From: Acidobacteriota bacterium | GTDB lineage: Bacteria; Acidobacteriota; Vicinamibacteria; Vicinamibacterales; Fen-181 | Direction: 5' to 3' | DNA: 64,000 bases | NCBI GenBank assembly: GCA_017883185.1 | Contig: JADGOB010000006.1 | Coordinates: forward strand, 2,283 to 66,282 | Shown here: in pieces, positions 45,735 through 55,942 of the stretch | Layout of the letters: each line of letters opens with the position of its first letter | How positions within the stretch are numbered: position 1 is the first letter of the stretch | Program-made: the position numbers and the translations under genes | The notes under the pieces: generated by a model | The model's database searches: none | What the model was told of the DNA's origin: nothing | What the model saw: the letters and a program-made list of their open reading frames with translations, nothing else

Positions 45735-47540
45735 ATGGACCCGCGTTACATTCGCAACTTCTCCGTCATCGCGCACATCGACCACGGCAAGTCCACGCTC
45801 GCGGACCGCTTCCTCGAGCTGACGGGCGCCGTGCAGTTGCGGGACATGGAGGCCCAGTTGCTCGACAGCATGGACCTCGAGAAGGAACGCGGTATCACGA
45901 TCAAGGCGCACCCCGTCCGGCTCACCTACCTGGCCGATGACGGCAACAAGTACGTGCTGAACCTGATCGACACGCCCGGCCACGTGGATTTCTCGTACGA
46001 GGTAACTCGCTCGCTGGCCGCGTGCGAGGGCGCGGTGCTGCTGGTTGACGCCGCGCAGGGCGTCGAGGCCCAGACGCTGGCCAACGCCTACCTGGCCGTT
46101 GACGACGGCCTCGAGATCGTGCCGGTCATCAACAAGATCGATCTCCCGGGCGCCCAGCCCGAGGAAACGCGACGCCAGATCGAGGACATCATCGGGCTCG
46201 ACGGAAGCCAGGCCATCCTGGCGAGCGCCAAGGTGGGCACCGGCATCAGGGAGGTCCTCGAGGCGATCGTGCACCGCCTGCCGCCCCCTGCCGGAACCGC
46301 CGCCGCCCCGCTGAAGGCGTTGGTCTTCGATTCCTGGTACGACGCCTACCGGGGCGTCGTCATCGTCATCCGCGTGATCGACGGCGTCATCCGCAAGGGC
46401 ATGCAGGTCAAGTTCATGGCCGCCGGCCAGGAATACGAGATCGAGGAAGTCGGCGCGTTCACGCCGAAGGCCACGCCCCTCGAGGAACTCGCCGTGGGCG
46501 AGGTCGGGTTCATTACTGCCGGCATCAAGAAGGTGGCGGACGCCAAGCTCGGCGACACCATCACCGAGACCGCCCGGCCGACCTCCGAGCCGTTTCCGGG
46601 TTTCAAGGAACTCAAGCCGATGGTCTTCGCCGGGCTCTACCCGGTTGAGGGACACGAGTACGCCGAACTGCGCGACGCGCTCGAGAAGCTGCGGCTGAAC
46701 GACGCATCGTTCTTCTACGAGCCGGAAACCTCGGTCGCCCTCGGCTTCGGGTTCCGCTGCGGCTTTCTCGGCCTGCTGCACATGGAGATCGTGCAGGAGC
46801 GCCTCGAGCGCGAGTTCAACCAGGACCTGGTCACCACCGCGCCGAGCGTGTTGTACCGGGTGACGACGACCGACGGCGAAGTCCGCGAGGTGGACAGCCC
46901 CGCGAAGCTGCCGGACGCGGGCCGCATCCAGAAGCTCGAGGAGCCGGTCATCACGGCGATGATCCTGACGCCGGCCGAGCACGTCGGCGGGATTCTCACG
47001 CTGTGCCAGGACAAGCGCGGGGTCCAGAAGACGCTCGAGTACCTCGCCAGCAACCGCGTGCTCATCACCTACGAGCTGCCGTTCAACGAGGTCGTGCTCG
47101 ATTTCTACGACCGGCTGAAGACGATCTCGCGCGGCTATGCGTCGCTCGACTATCACGTCACGGGGTACTGGGAGTCGCCGCTGGTGAAACTCGATATCCT
47201 GGTGAACGGCGACCCGGTGGACGCCCTGTCCGTCATCGTCCACAGGGACTCTTCGTACCAGCGCGGTCGCGCGCTGGCGAGCCGGATGCGCAGCCTGATC
47301 CCGAGGCAGATGTTCGAGGTGGCAATCCAGGCGGCGATCGGCGGCCGGATTATCGCCCGCGAGTCGGTGAAGGCGCTGCGGAAGAACGTGCTGGCCAAGT
47401 GCTACGGCGGCGACATCACGCGCAAGCGGAAGCTGCTCGAGAAACAAAAGGAAGGCAAGCGCCGGATGAAGCGCGTGGGGAAGGTCGAGATTCCCCAGGA
47501 GGCGTTTCTCGCCGTGCTCAAGATGGATGGGGACGAGTAG
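45735..47540 (+). CDS. lepA: elongation factor 4 (LepA)
   Basis: ORF track, 601 aa. [19 protein letters not shown]1 motif, [13 protein letters not shown]. LepA C-terminal domain. Confidence 0.97.
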   Translation: MDPRYIRNFSVIAHIDHGKSTLADRFLELTGAVQLRDMEAQLLDSMDLEKERGITIKAHPVRLTYLADDGNKYVLNLIDTPGHVDFSYEVTRSLAACEGAVLLVDAAQGVEAQTLANAYLAVDDGLEIVPVINKIDLPGAQPEETRRQIEDIIGLDGSQAILASAKVGTGIREVLEAIVHRLPPPAGTAAAPLKALVFDSWYDAYRGVVIVIRVIDGVIRKGMQVKFMAAGQEYEIEEVGAFTPKATPLEELAVGEVGFITAGIKKVADAKLGDTITETARPTSEPFPGFKELKPMVFAGLYPVEGHEYAELRDALEKLRLNDASFFYEPETSVALGFGFRCGFLGLLHMEIVQERLEREFNQDLVTTAPSVLYRVTTTDGEVREVDSPAKLPDAGRIQKLEEPVITAMILTPAEHVGGILTLCQDKRGVQKTLEYLASNRVLITYELPFNEVVLDFYDRLKTISRGYASLDYHVTGYWESPLVKLDILVNGDPVDALSVIVHRDSSYQRGRALASRMRSLIPRQMFEVAIQAAIGGRIIARESVKALRKNVLAKCYGGDITRKRKLLEKQKEGKRRMKRVGKVEIPQEAFLAVLKMDGDE

Positions 47541-47552
47541 AAGGGACCTGCT

Positions 47553-48299
47553 GTGAAGAATCAAACGAAGGCTGCCCAGAAACCCGCGCCGGCTGCGCCT
47601 CAGCCCTTCCGGAAATCGACCGCCCGCGAGTACTTCGAGTCGATCGTCATCGCCGTCATCCTGGCGCTCTTCATCCGGACGTTCGTCGTCCAGGCCTTCA
47701 AGATCCCCACCGGGTCGATGGAGAACAACCTGCTCATCGGCGATCACCTGCTGGTGAACAAGTTCGTCTTCGGGCCGGCCAACAGCCCGATCGAACGCGC
47801 GCTGCTCCCCGAGCGCGCGATCCGTCGCGGCGACATCATCGTCTTCAAGTACCCGGAAGATCGGGAGCGCGATTTCATCAAGCGGGTGATCGGCCTGCCG
47901 GGCGAGACGCTCGAGGTGAAGGACAAGCGCGTCTACATCAACGGCAAGAAGGTCGATGAGCCCTACGTGCACTTCCTGGAGCCGCCCCAGGGCACGTCGT
48001 CCTACTCCGAGATCACCTCCTACGACCTGCGCGAGCGCTACGGCCCGATTTCCATCCCCGCCGACAAGTACTTCGTGATGGGAGACAACCGCGACAATTC
48101 GCAGGACAGTCGCTACTGGGGGCTGTTGCCGCGCGAGGACGTCAAGGGACGCGCCGTGATGATCTACTGGTCCTACGAGTCGGAGACCGAGGACTACCAG
48201 CAGACCGGGATCGGCGCGATCGCGAAGGACCTGTTCACCGTGGTCACCCAGTTCTTCTCTCGCACGCGCTGGTCGCGGATGTTCCACCTCATCCGCTGA
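47553..48299 (+). CDS. lepB: signal peptidase I
   Basis: ORF track, 248 aa. TM anchor, catalytic Ser region IPTGSMENNL, RVIGLPGE, and GDNRDNSQDSRYWG box E. Confidence 0.93.
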   Translation: MKNQTKAAQKPAPAAPQPFRKSTAREYFESIVIAVILALFIRTFVVQAFKIPTGSMENNLLIGDHLLVNKFVFGPANSPIERALLPERAIRRGDIIVFKYPEDRERDFIKRVIGLPGETLEVKDKRVYINGKKVDEPYVHFLEPPQGTSSYSEITSYDLRERYGPISIPADKYFVMGDNRDNSQDSRYWGLLPREDVKGRAVMIYWSYESETEDYQQTGIGAIAKDLFTVVTQFFSRTRWSRMFHLIR

Positions 48300-48431
48300 C
48301 CGTGGTGACGGCGGACCACCCAGTGTCCTTTGTGGTTGCCTCGGCCGTCCCTACACAGAAACGGCTCTTCGACCGAAACAGCTACTGACGCCCTCCCCCC
48401 GTCCGCCCTACGGCTCGAGGACCGGTGTGCC

Positions 48432-48833
48432 ATGGCCAAGACGCTGATCAAGATTGTCATCGCGCTGGTTGTCATCCACGGCGCCTTCAGGATTGGAAGC
48501 GCCTACTGGAACTTCTACCGCTACGAGGACGCGCTCCAGCAGTTGGCGCAGTTCGGCGAGCGGCGGACCGACCGGCAGTTGTGCGATGAGGCGATAGAAA
48601 CGGCGGGGAACTACGGCGTGCCGATCGCCGCGACGGGGCTGAACATCCGGCGGGGAAACAACCCGGTGTTCAACTGCGAGGCCGGTGCAACCGCTCCGCA
48701 GGCCGGCGTCGTCGCGCAGGCGTCAGGGCAGATGACGATCGAAGGGGCCTACACGGACCGCGTCCAGCTGTTCCCGGGCTTCTTCTATCCCTGGGAGTTC
48801 AAGCCGAGCATCAAGGTGTGGCTCAGGCCGTAA
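48432..48833 (+). CDS. hypothetical membrane-anchored protein
   Basis: Track ORF 48330..48833, trimmed to ATG 48432 (MAKTLIKIVIALVVIHGAF...). One N-terminal TM helix; I recognise no family. Confidence 0.5.
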   Translation: MAKTLIKIVIALVVIHGAFRIGSAYWNFYRYEDALQQLAQFGERRTDRQLCDEAIETAGNYGVPIAATGLNIRRGNNPVFNCEAGATAPQAGVVAQASGQMTIEGAYTDRVQLFPGFFYPWEFKPSIKVWLRP

Positions 48834-48854
48834 CAGCTGGTCTGAAGGCCCGCC

Positions 48855-50102
48855 CTACACGACGACCCGGCCGTTCTTGACGACGCGCGTGATGGCTGGT
48901 GCGCCAACGCGAATCAGGTCTACCGCTTCCCCGGCCACGATCACGGCGTCCATCAGCTTGCCGGGTTCGAGGCTGCCCAGGTCTCCGTCGCGCCCGAGGG
49001 AGTACGCGGCGTTGATCGTCGCCCCGACGAGCGCTTCCTCGAGCGTCATTCCCATCCCGAAGCAGGCGAGCGTGATGACGAACGGCATCGACGGCGTGAA
49101 GCCGCCGCCGGGGTTGAGGTCGGTGGCGAGCGCGACCGCAACGCCGCGCTCGATCAGCATCCGTGCGGGCGCAAACCGCCCGAGCTTCAGGTAGAACGCC
49201 GCGGCGGGGAGCAGCGTGGCGACCACGCCGGCCTCCGCCATGCGATCGGCGGACGTCGGCTGCACGAACAGCAGGTGATCGGCGGACCTGGCGCCGACAT
49301 CGGCAGCCACATCGGAACCGCCGCTGGCCGCCAGTTCGTCGGCATGAATGCGCGGGCGCAAGCCGGCTCTGGCGCCGGCCTCCAGGATCGCCCGCGATTC
49401 GCCCGGCGTATACACGCCGGTTTCGCAGAACACGTCGCACCAGGCGGCCAGGCTCTCGCCCGCGACGGCCGGGATCATCTCCCCGGTGAGCAGGTCGAGA
49501 TACGCCTGGCGGCGGTCGCGGTACTCGCGCGGGATCTCGTGTGCGCCGAGAAACGTCGCGACCAGGTCGATGGGCTGCGACCCGGCGAGATGTCGAATCG
49601 CCCGCAGCATCTTCAGTTCCGCCGCCGTCTCCAACCCGTACCCGCTCTTGGCTTCCGCCGTCGTCGTGCCGCAGCGCAGCATCTCGGCCAGGCGCGGCCG
49701 CGCGGACTCGATCAGCTCTTCTTCGGTGGCCTCTCTGGTCGCCCGAACCGTGCTGAGGATGCCCCCGCCCTCGGCCGCGATCTCGGCGTAGGTCGCCCCG
49801 GCCAGGCGGCGCCGCAGTTCTTCACGCCGGTCGCCCGCGTAGATCACGTGCGTGTGCGGATCGACGAAGCCGGGGACGACCGTGCCGCCGCCGGCATCGA
49901 CAATCACGGCGTCGGCTGTCGCCTGCACGCTCCCCTGGAACTCGGTCTCGGACCCGGTGAAGACAATGCGGCCGGCGCGCGAGGCGACAACGCCGTCGGA
50001 AATGGAGGAGGCGACGCGCTGGGCGGCACCGCGACGCGGTGCCGGCCCGGCGCAGGTCAGAACCTGCCTGGCGTGGCGGATGACGAAATCAGCGGTGACC
50101 AC
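48855..50102 (-). CDS. hutI: imidazolonepropionase HutI
   Basis: ORF track, 415 aa. Amidohydrolase motifs GFVDPHTHV, AKSGYGL, IHADE and TDLNPG. Confidence 0.9.
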   Translation of the reverse strand: MVTADFVIRHARQVLTCAGPAPRRGAAQRVASSISDGVVASRAGRIVFTGSETEFQGSVQATADAVIVDAGGGTVVPGFVDPHTHVIYAGDRREELRRRLAGATYAEIAAEGGGILSTVRATREATEEELIESARPRLAEMLRCGTTTAEAKSGYGLETAAELKMLRAIRHLAGSQPIDLVATFLGAHEIPREYRDRRQAYLDLLTGEMIPAVAGESLAAWCDVFCETGVYTPGESRAILEAGARAGLRPRIHADELAASGGSDVAADVGARSADHLLFVQPTSADRMAEAGVVATLLPAAAFYLKLGRFAPARMLIERGVAVALATDLNPGGGFTPSMPFVITLACFGMGMTLEEALVGATINAAYSLGRDGDLGSLEPGKLMDAVIVAGEAVDLIRVGAPAITRVVKNGRVVV

Positions 50103-50121
50103 GGGTCGATGGGAATGTGGG

Positions 50122-50730
50122 CTACTTCTGTCCCTCGACCGCCGCGTCGAGCGCGTGCATCACGGTGCTGGCGGGCGAGCCGCCCACCGCGTGGGCCTGT
50201 GGCTGCGAATCCTGCACGGGGGGCTCCATGGCGACCTGGCGCGGGCGGTGATAGAGGATCTTGTCCTCGCGGTCCTTCTGATCCTGCTCGCGCACGAATT
50301 CCAGCGAGTTGCGGAGGGTGGCAATCGTGGACTGCAGCGTCGTTTCGACGTCGCGACGCTTGAGCTTGAGGCCGTCGATCTCGCGCTGGATCTCCGTGAG
50401 CCGCCCCTGCGTCTGCTGGAAGATCAACTCGGCTCGCGACTCGGCTTCCTCGACGACGCGGCGCGATTCCAGCTCGGCGTGCTCGCGGATTTCGTCGGCG
50501 AGCCGCTGGGCGGTGAGCAGCGTGTTGCGGAGGTTGCGCTCGTGTTCACGGTGCTCCGCAACGACTGCCTCGAGCCGCAGCAGTTCCTGGTGCAGACGGT
50601 CCGACTCGCGCAGCGCCTGCTCGTAGTCATCGGCCACTTCGTTCAGTAGTGCGTCCACCTCGTTGCGATCGTAGCCGCGCATCGTGACTCGCAGTTTGGC
50701 CTGCCGCAGGTCGAGTGGGGTGACCTTCAT
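50122..50730 (-). CDS. divIVA: DivIVA domain-containing protein
   Basis: ORF track, 202 aa. N-terminal MKVTPLDLRQAKLRVTMRGYDRNEVDALLNEV lipid-binding motif followed by a coiled coil. Confidence 0.88.
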   Translation of the reverse strand: MKVTPLDLRQAKLRVTMRGYDRNEVDALLNEVADDYEQALRESDRLHQELLRLEAVVAEHREHERNLRNTLLTAQRLADEIREHAELESRRVVEEAESRAELIFQQTQGRLTEIQREIDGLKLKRRDVETTLQSTIATLRNSLEFVREQDQKDREDKILYHRPRQVAMEPPVQDSQPQAHAVGGSPASTVMHALDAAVEGQK

Positions 50731-50839
50731 GAACCTGTCTCCTCTGACACGTGAACGGAAGGAACTCCGGCTTCCAGCGAATGTGTGCCAGCATTCTACG
50801 TTTCGGCCGATCGTGCCCCGGGCTGCAGGGCGCGGGCGT

Positions 50840-51544
50840 TCAGGGCTGGCGCGTTCCGAAGATCGCGGTGCCGACCCGGACCAGGGTCGCGCCTTCCTCG
50901 ATCGCCACCTCGAAGTCGTGGCTCATGCCCATGGAGAGTTCGCGAAGCATCGCGGCCGGCACGCCCTCGTCGCTCAGGCGGTCGCGGAGTTCGCGTAACT
51001 GCCTGAAATAGGGTCGAACCTCCTCCGGGTCCTCGAGGTAGGGCGGCAGCAGCATCAGCCCGGCCAGCCGGACGGCACGGCTCCGCGCGGCCCGCTCCAC
51101 GACCGCGCGCACCAGATCCAGCGTCGCCCCGTGCTTGGTGGGTTCGGCCGCCAGGTCAACTTGGACGAGGACCTCCGGCGACGTGCCTGCGTCGGCGGCC
51201 GCGCGGTCCACCGCCTCGAGCAGATCGAGGCGGTCGATCGAGTGGACGCACGCGAACGAGACCGCGGCTTTCCTGGCCTTGTTCGACTGCAGGTGCCCGA
51301 TCAGGTGCCAGCGCACGTCGAGGTCCTGCGCCGACGCGATCTTCTGGAGCGCTTCCTGCACCCGGTTCTCGCCAAAGTCCCGTTGCCCCGCGGCCGCCGC
51401 GGCCCGCACGTGTTCGATCGGGTACGTCTTGGAGACGGCCACGAGGCGCACGTCGCCGGCCCCACGGCCGGCGCGCAGTGCGGCACGCGCCATCCGGTCG
51501 CGCACGTCGGCAAGGCGAAGGGCGAGAGCGGCTTCGAGTGTCAC
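50840..51544 (-). CDS. yggS: YggS-family pyridoxal-phosphate homeostasis protein
   Basis: Track ORF 50840..51583, trimmed to GTG 51544 because the longer start would lie inside the upstream terminator hairpin. LVAVSKT PLP-lysine, HLIGHLQSNK, MGMSHDFEVAIEEGAT. Confidence 0.85.
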   Translation of the reverse strand: MTLEAALALRLADVRDRMARAALRAGRGAGDVRLVAVSKTYPIEHVRAAAAAGQRDFGENRVQEALQKIASAQDLDVRWHLIGHLQSNKARKAAVSFACVHSIDRLDLLEAVDRAAADAGTSPEVLVQVDLAAEPTKHGATLDLVRAVVERAARSRAVRLAGLMLLPPYLEDPEEVRPYFRQLRELRDRLSDEGVPAAMLRELSMGMSHDFEVAIEEGATLVRVGTAIFGTRQP

Positions 51545-51548
51545 GGGC

Positions 51549-51592
51549 AGAGAAAGGAAAAGGCCGCCGGTTGCGACCGACAACCGGCGGCC
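51549..51592 (-). terminator. intrinsic terminator downstream of the TPR gene
   Basis: Minus-strand read: GGCCGCCGGTTG-TCGGTCG-CAACCGGCGGCC (12-bp perfect stem, 51562-51592) followed by TTTTCCTTTCTCT. Confidence 0.75.
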
Positions 51593-51640
51593 TCGACACT
51601 GACCGGGATCCTGATGACTGACCAGTTGACCGTCATTCTC

Positions 51641-51668
51641 TGGCCCCTGGCCCCGCGTCCCAGATCCC
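51641..51668. repeat. heptanucleotide array, 4 units (TGGCCCC family)
   Basis: tggcccc tggcccc gcgtccc agatccc, immediately 3' of the TPR gene's stop (51672-51674). In the minus sense it reads GGGATCT GGGACGC GGGGCCA GGGGCCA. Confidence 0.9.
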
Positions 51669-51671
51669 TCG

Positions 51672-52646
51672 TTACTTCTTGATCTGCAACAGCATCGCCT
51701 TCACCTGGGCCGCGTACTGGCCGTCGGGCGCGAGCTGCATGTACAACTCGAACTCGGTCACCGCCTCGGGCAGCTTGCCCAGGTTGATCAGGCACATTGC
51801 CAGCTGGTAGTGCGAGTTGGCGTGCTTCGGGTCGGCCTTGAGCGCCTCCTCGAACGCCTTCTTGGCATCTTCGGCCTTACCCGCGTTCCACGCGATGACG
51901 CCCTGGTTGTAGAGCGCGTCCACGCCGCCGCCACCCGCCGCCGATCCGCTCGCAGTCGCCAGGGCCGCGGCCTTCTGGCTGGCCGCTTGCGCGTCATCGA
52001 ATTTCTTCTGGGCGTTGTAGATGGTCGCCAAACCGTTGTAGGCCTCGATGTAGTCGGCCTTGAGCTCGATCGACTTCTTGAACGCCTCTTCGGACTTGTC
52101 GTATTCCTTCTTCTGGGCGTAGGCGTAGCCGATGTTGTAGTAGCAGTCGTAACAGGTCGGCATCACGTTGGCCGCCTCGGTGAACTTCGCGAGCGCGGTG
52201 TCGTTGTCGCCTGAACGGCTCGCGGCCACACCCTCGTCGAACAACTTCTTGATCGCTGCCACCTTGGCGGCGTCTTCCTTGGTCGGCCCGGACGAGCCAG
52301 GCGCGAGCTGGAAGTTGACCTCGGCCGTATCGCCAAGCCTCACGCGGCAGGGATACGACTGAGCCCCGACCTTTTCCTTTTCGGCCGTCACCTTGTAGTT
52401 GCCAGGCGGCAGGCCAATCTGGGTGTATTCACCCTTCTTGTTCGATTTGACCGTGTAGACGCGCGAGACGCCATCCTGGAATTCGATGGTCACCTTCGCA
52501 GCCTCAATCGGCTGACCCTTGCCGTCGAACACCTTACCCTTGACCATCCCGGTCGACTGAGCGGTCGCGGGCGACGTCATAGCAACGGCCACGAACACTG
52601 CACAGGCCACGAGCAGCACGCGAGGGCCGGAAAGAACGGGAAGCAT
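51672..52646 (-). CDS. secreted protein: carboxypeptidase-regulatory-like beta-sandwich plus TPR repeats
   Basis: ORF track, 324 aa. Signal peptide ...AMTSPATAQS; GMVKGKVFDGKGQPIEAAKVTIEF... (CarboxypepD_reg-like); several TPR-like helical pairs. Lys-rich and visibly less GC-rich than its neighbours. Confidence 0.75.
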   Translation of the reverse strand: MLPVLSGPRVLLVACAVFVAVAMTSPATAQSTGMVKGKVFDGKGQPIEAAKVTIEFQDGVSRVYTVKSNKKGEYTQIGLPPGNYKVTAEKEKVGAQSYPCRVRLGDTAEVNFQLAPGSSGPTKEDAAKVAAIKKLFDEGVAASRSGDNDTALAKFTEAANVMPTCYDCYYNIGYAYAQKKEYDKSEEAFKKSIELKADYIEAYNGLATIYNAQKKFDDAQAASQKAAALATASGSAAGGGGVDALYNQGVIAWNAGKAEDAKKAFEEALKADPKHANSHYQLAMCLINLGKLPEAVTEFELYMQLAPDGQYAAQVKAMLLQIKK

Positions 52647-52808
52647 CAGAATCCTCCGTCAGGTAGAGATGAAAAAATAGTACGGCGGTCGGCGGAACCG
52701 TCGAGTTCTAGTCTACACCGAAATCCCGTCGAAAGCGTAGCAAGCGGGAAAGACGCCTGGGGCAAGCGGCGCGGCCTAAAGCCGGGCTGCTCAGCCGGTT
52801 GGAGACGG

Positions 52809-54806
52809 TCAGCGCGCGAAGAAACGGGCGATATCGTCGAGCCGGGAGACAACCGGCGCCGGGGGGAGCGCGTCGAGGAAACGCGCGCCGTAGCCTTTCG
52901 ACCGGATCCGCGGATCGAGCACCGCCAGGACCCCGCGATCGCGGCGATGACGGATCAGTCGGCCGAGGCCCTGCTCGAGCGTCAGGATGGCGAGCGGGAG
53001 CTGGTACCGCTCGAACGCGTTCTCGCCGCGGGCAGTGATCGCGTCGATTCTCGCCGCGGTAATGGGCTCAGTGGGGGACGCAAACGGCAGCTTGTCCACG
53101 ATGACGCAGCTCAGCGCTTCGCCGACGACGTCCACGCCCTGCCAGAAGCTCGACGTCGCGAGCAGCACCGCGTTGCCGAGCGACCGGAACTGCGTCAACA
53201 GGACCGAGCGGGGCGCGCTGCCCTGGACGAGCACCGGATAATCGAGCGCCGACGCGAGCTGGCGCTCGACCTCGCGCAGCACCGAGTAGCTGGTGAAGAG
53301 CACGAACGCACGCCCCTCGGTTCGCTTCAGGATCTCCAGGATCTCGCGGCTGGCGGCCTTCGGGAACAGCGGCGACCGCGGATCGGGCATCGCGGGCGGC
53401 AGGTAGAGGATCGCCTGCTCCGAGTACCTGAACTCAGACGGCAGCCTCACCTCGCTGGCTTCACGTACCCCGAGGCGGCTGCGCACGTACTCGAACGACC
53501 CGGCGACGCTGAGGGTTGCGGAAGTGAGAACCGTGGCCTGCATCCGGTCGAGCAGGAGTTCGCGCACCATGGTCGAAACATCGATCGGCGACGCCCGAAG
53601 AAAGACGCCGCGCCCGCGGGCCTCGAGGTAGTAGACGTAGTCCGGGTCGCCGGCACGCAGCAGGAATCGCAGTTCGTCGCGCATCTCTCCGGCGCGTCGT
53701 CCTACCGCGGCCACGTCTTCACTCGGGTCCCTGGTGAGCGCCGCCACGCCCTGCAGCCCGTCGAGCGCCTCGATCAGCGCAACGCCCGCCGGTTGCACGC
53801 CACTGAGCAAGTCGGCGGTGACGCGCTGGCGATCGGGCGACGACGACCCGCCCTGCAAAACGTATCGCCCGCCGCCTGAGGGCGCCAGCTCGCGCAACGC
53901 GTGGAAGAACAGCATGGTCCTGTCGCGCACGCGGTCGCTGGCACGCCGCATCTCGACCGGGTCGTCCTTGTACGCCCCGCTCGCGACCACCCGCTCGACG
54001 TCCCGCACCAGGTCCTCGACCCGGTAGGTGCTCACCGTCATCCCGAAGTACTGCGTCGCGACGTCCTCGAGCTGGTGCGCTTCGTCGATCACCGCCACGT
54101 GGCACTCGGGGATCACCTCGCCATAGGCGTTCTGCCTGACGGAAGCGTCCGCGCACAGCAGGTGGTGATTGACGATGACAATGTCCGACTCGGCGGCGCG
54201 CTGCCGCATGCGCGTGATGAAGCAGTCCTTGTAGCGCGGGCACTCCGTCCCGACGCAGTTCTCGGACGTGGCCGCCATCTCGGACCAGAACGACAGGTCC
54301 TCGGGCAGGTCCTCGAGTTCGGCCCGGTCGCCCGTGTCAGTCCGTTCCGCCCAATCGGCGATGGCCGCGACCGTTTCCGTGTCGGCGAACGCCATCGACA
54401 TCGGGTTGTCGCGGAACAGATCGAACCGGTGGCGGCACAGGTAGTTGCCCCGGCCCTTCATGCAGGTGGCCTTGAAGGGCACGCCGAGCGCCTCCTGCAG
54501 GACCGGCAGGTCCTTCGAGAAGATCTGTTCCTGGAGGGTTTTGGTCCCGGTCGAGACCAGGACGCGGCGGCCGCTCAGGATCGCGGGGACGAGGTAGGCG
54601 ATCGTCTTGCCGGTGCCCGTTCCAGCTTCGGCCAGCAGGACGTGGCCGTCTTCGATGGCGTCGGCGACGGCGGCGGCCATCGCCCGCTGGCCGGGACGCG
54701 ACTCGAACTCGGGCACCGCCCGGGCCAGCGCGCCATCTTCGGCAAACACGCGGTCCACGATCGCGGACAGGCTGCGGGCCGCCGGAACCGACTTACCGTG
54801 GGACAT
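52809..54806 (-). CDS. dinG: ATP-dependent DNA helicase, DinG/XPD family (Fe-S)
   Basis: Track ORF 52809..54869, trimmed to ATG 54806 (MSHGKSVPAARSL...). Walker A AEAGTGTGKT, DEAH box VIDEAHQLED, and four Cys (CMKGRGNYLC ... CVGTECPRYKDC). Confidence 0.88.
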   Translation of the reverse strand: MSHGKSVPAARSLSAIVDRVFAEDGALARAVPEFESRPGQRAMAAAVADAIEDGHVLLAEAGTGTGKTIAYLVPAILSGRRVLVSTGTKTLQEQIFSKDLPVLQEALGVPFKATCMKGRGNYLCRHRFDLFRDNPMSMAFADTETVAAIADWAERTDTGDRAELEDLPEDLSFWSEMAATSENCVGTECPRYKDCFITRMRQRAAESDIVIVNHHLLCADASVRQNAYGEVIPECHVAVIDEAHQLEDVATQYFGMTVSTYRVEDLVRDVERVVASGAYKDDPVEMRRASDRVRDRTMLFFHALRELAPSGGGRYVLQGGSSSPDRQRVTADLLSGVQPAGVALIEALDGLQGVAALTRDPSEDVAAVGRRAGEMRDELRFLLRAGDPDYVYYLEARGRGVFLRASPIDVSTMVRELLLDRMQATVLTSATLSVAGSFEYVRSRLGVREASEVRLPSEFRYSEQAILYLPPAMPDPRSPLFPKAASREILEILKRTEGRAFVLFTSYSVLREVERQLASALDYPVLVQGSAPRSVLLTQFRSLGNAVLLATSSFWQGVDVVGEALSCVIVDKLPFASPTEPITAARIDAITARGENAFERYQLPLAILTLEQGLGRLIRHRRDRGVLAVLDPRIRSKGYGARFLDALPPAPVVSRLDDIARFFAR

Positions 54807-55251
54807 CCGCGTGCGAACCCTGAAGCGCCATGATCTTGTCCACGCGCCGCTGGTGGCGGCCGCCGGCAAACGGCGTCTCGAGGAAGAGGCGCACGATCGC
54901 CATGGCGAGGTCCGGGGGCGTCAGCCGGGCGCCGAGCGTGAGCACGTTGGCGTCGTTGTGCTCGCGGCAGAGCCGGGCCGATTCGAGGTCGCCGGCCGCC
55001 GCGGCGCGAATGCCGTCCACCTTGTTGGCGGCCATGGCCATCCCGATCCCGGTGCCGCAGATGAGGATGCCGCGGTCGCACGCGCCCGAGACGACCAGCC
55101 GGGCCACCGCCTCGGCATAGTCGGGATAGTCCACCGACGCGTCCCCGGTGGTCCCCGCATCGTCAAGGGCGACGCCCGCGTCGATCAGGCCCGCCTTGAG
55201 CGTTTCCTTCAGCAGGTAGCCTGCGTGATCGGATCCGATGGCAACGCGCAT
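54793..55251 (-). CDS. rpiB: ribose-5-phosphate isomerase B
   Basis: Track ORF 54793..55368, trimmed to ATG 55251 (MRVAIGSDHAGYLLKE...ICGTGIGMAMAANK...). 14-nt overlap with the dinG start. Confidence 0.9.
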   Translation of the reverse strand: MRVAIGSDHAGYLLKETLKAGLIDAGVALDDAGTTGDASVDYPDYAEAVARLVVSGACDRGILICGTGIGMAMAANKVDGIRAAAAGDLESARLCREHNDANVLTLGARLTPPDLAMAIVRLFLETPFAGGRHQRRVDKIMALQGSHADVPR

Positions 55252-55942
55252 GAGTGAATTGTACCCGCGATCGCGGGAACTTGCGACCGGGCGCGCTGCC
55301 CGACCGACAACGACAAAGCACACAGAGCACACAAAGGACGTCGGAAAGACCCCGGCCGACGCCGGCACCGTCGGAAGGGCCTCGCCCTCCGTGTCCTTGG
55401 TGATCTTGGGTACGCCAGTGAGTCCTTTTCATTCTCGCTGACTGAAAGGAGTCAGCCATGTGAATTGCTCGTTCAGCATGTAGCGGCGGTCCGGCACGTG
55501 GAGGCAACAAAGCGTGCGAAGCGGACCGGTTGGCCGTGGCCGCCGCGGCAACGGCCAGCCACGGAGAGGGTCCTCTCCCGACCGCGAAGACGCGAGCCCT
55601 AGCGCAAGCGAACCTGTTTCGGCCTCGTGACACTGCACTGGCGGCGGCCAATCTGCCGAAGATGCTGAAGCCTGCCACCGACGAGGAAGCAACGAGCATC
55701 CGCACTCGTCGGGCCGCTCGGGGTGAGAGGGGAGAGCGCGCGTCGACCGAATGAGAAGGGCGCTGGGAGACCCGGCGAGGGGTGCCGCCGCAGGGCGGGA
55801 CACCGGCACGTGGGAAACCATAACCACGCGGCGGCCTCGGCCGGGAGTCGGACCGGCTCGTAGTAGCGAGGAAGCGGGGTAACGCCCGTGGAGCGAAGGG
55901 GCCGGACTTCACACGCGTTTCTGTCGCAGAAGGAGGTGCCGA

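Noticed and set aside
45717-48287. 856-aa minus-strand ORF
   Set aside because: It is a shadow ORF antisense to the unmistakable lepA and lepB genes. Its translation is Arg/Asp/Leu-rich with no recognisable domain.
51672-52646. Lower-GC, Lys-rich TPR gene, considered as horizontally acquired
   Set aside because: The composition shift is modest. It is explained by the amino-acid content (many Lys, Glu and Tyr in TPR repeats). The flanks show no mobility genes or tRNA-adjacent boundaries.
55264-55277. GCGATCGC core (the cyanobacterial HIP1 octamer) in the rpiB palindrome and at several other places (for example 433-440 and 33613-33620)
   Set aside because: In DNA this GC-rich, the octamer is expected to occur by chance fairly often. 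I cannot compute enrichment, so I make no HIP1-like claim.
55437-55480. Two hairpins, considered as the actual group II (IIC) insertion site, which would move the intron 5' end to about 55460-55485
   Set aside because: No GUGYG-like pentamer follows them directly (GTGAA at 55460 is a poor match). GTGCG at 55514 is the only consensus-like 5' end, so I kept it but flagged the boundary as tentative.
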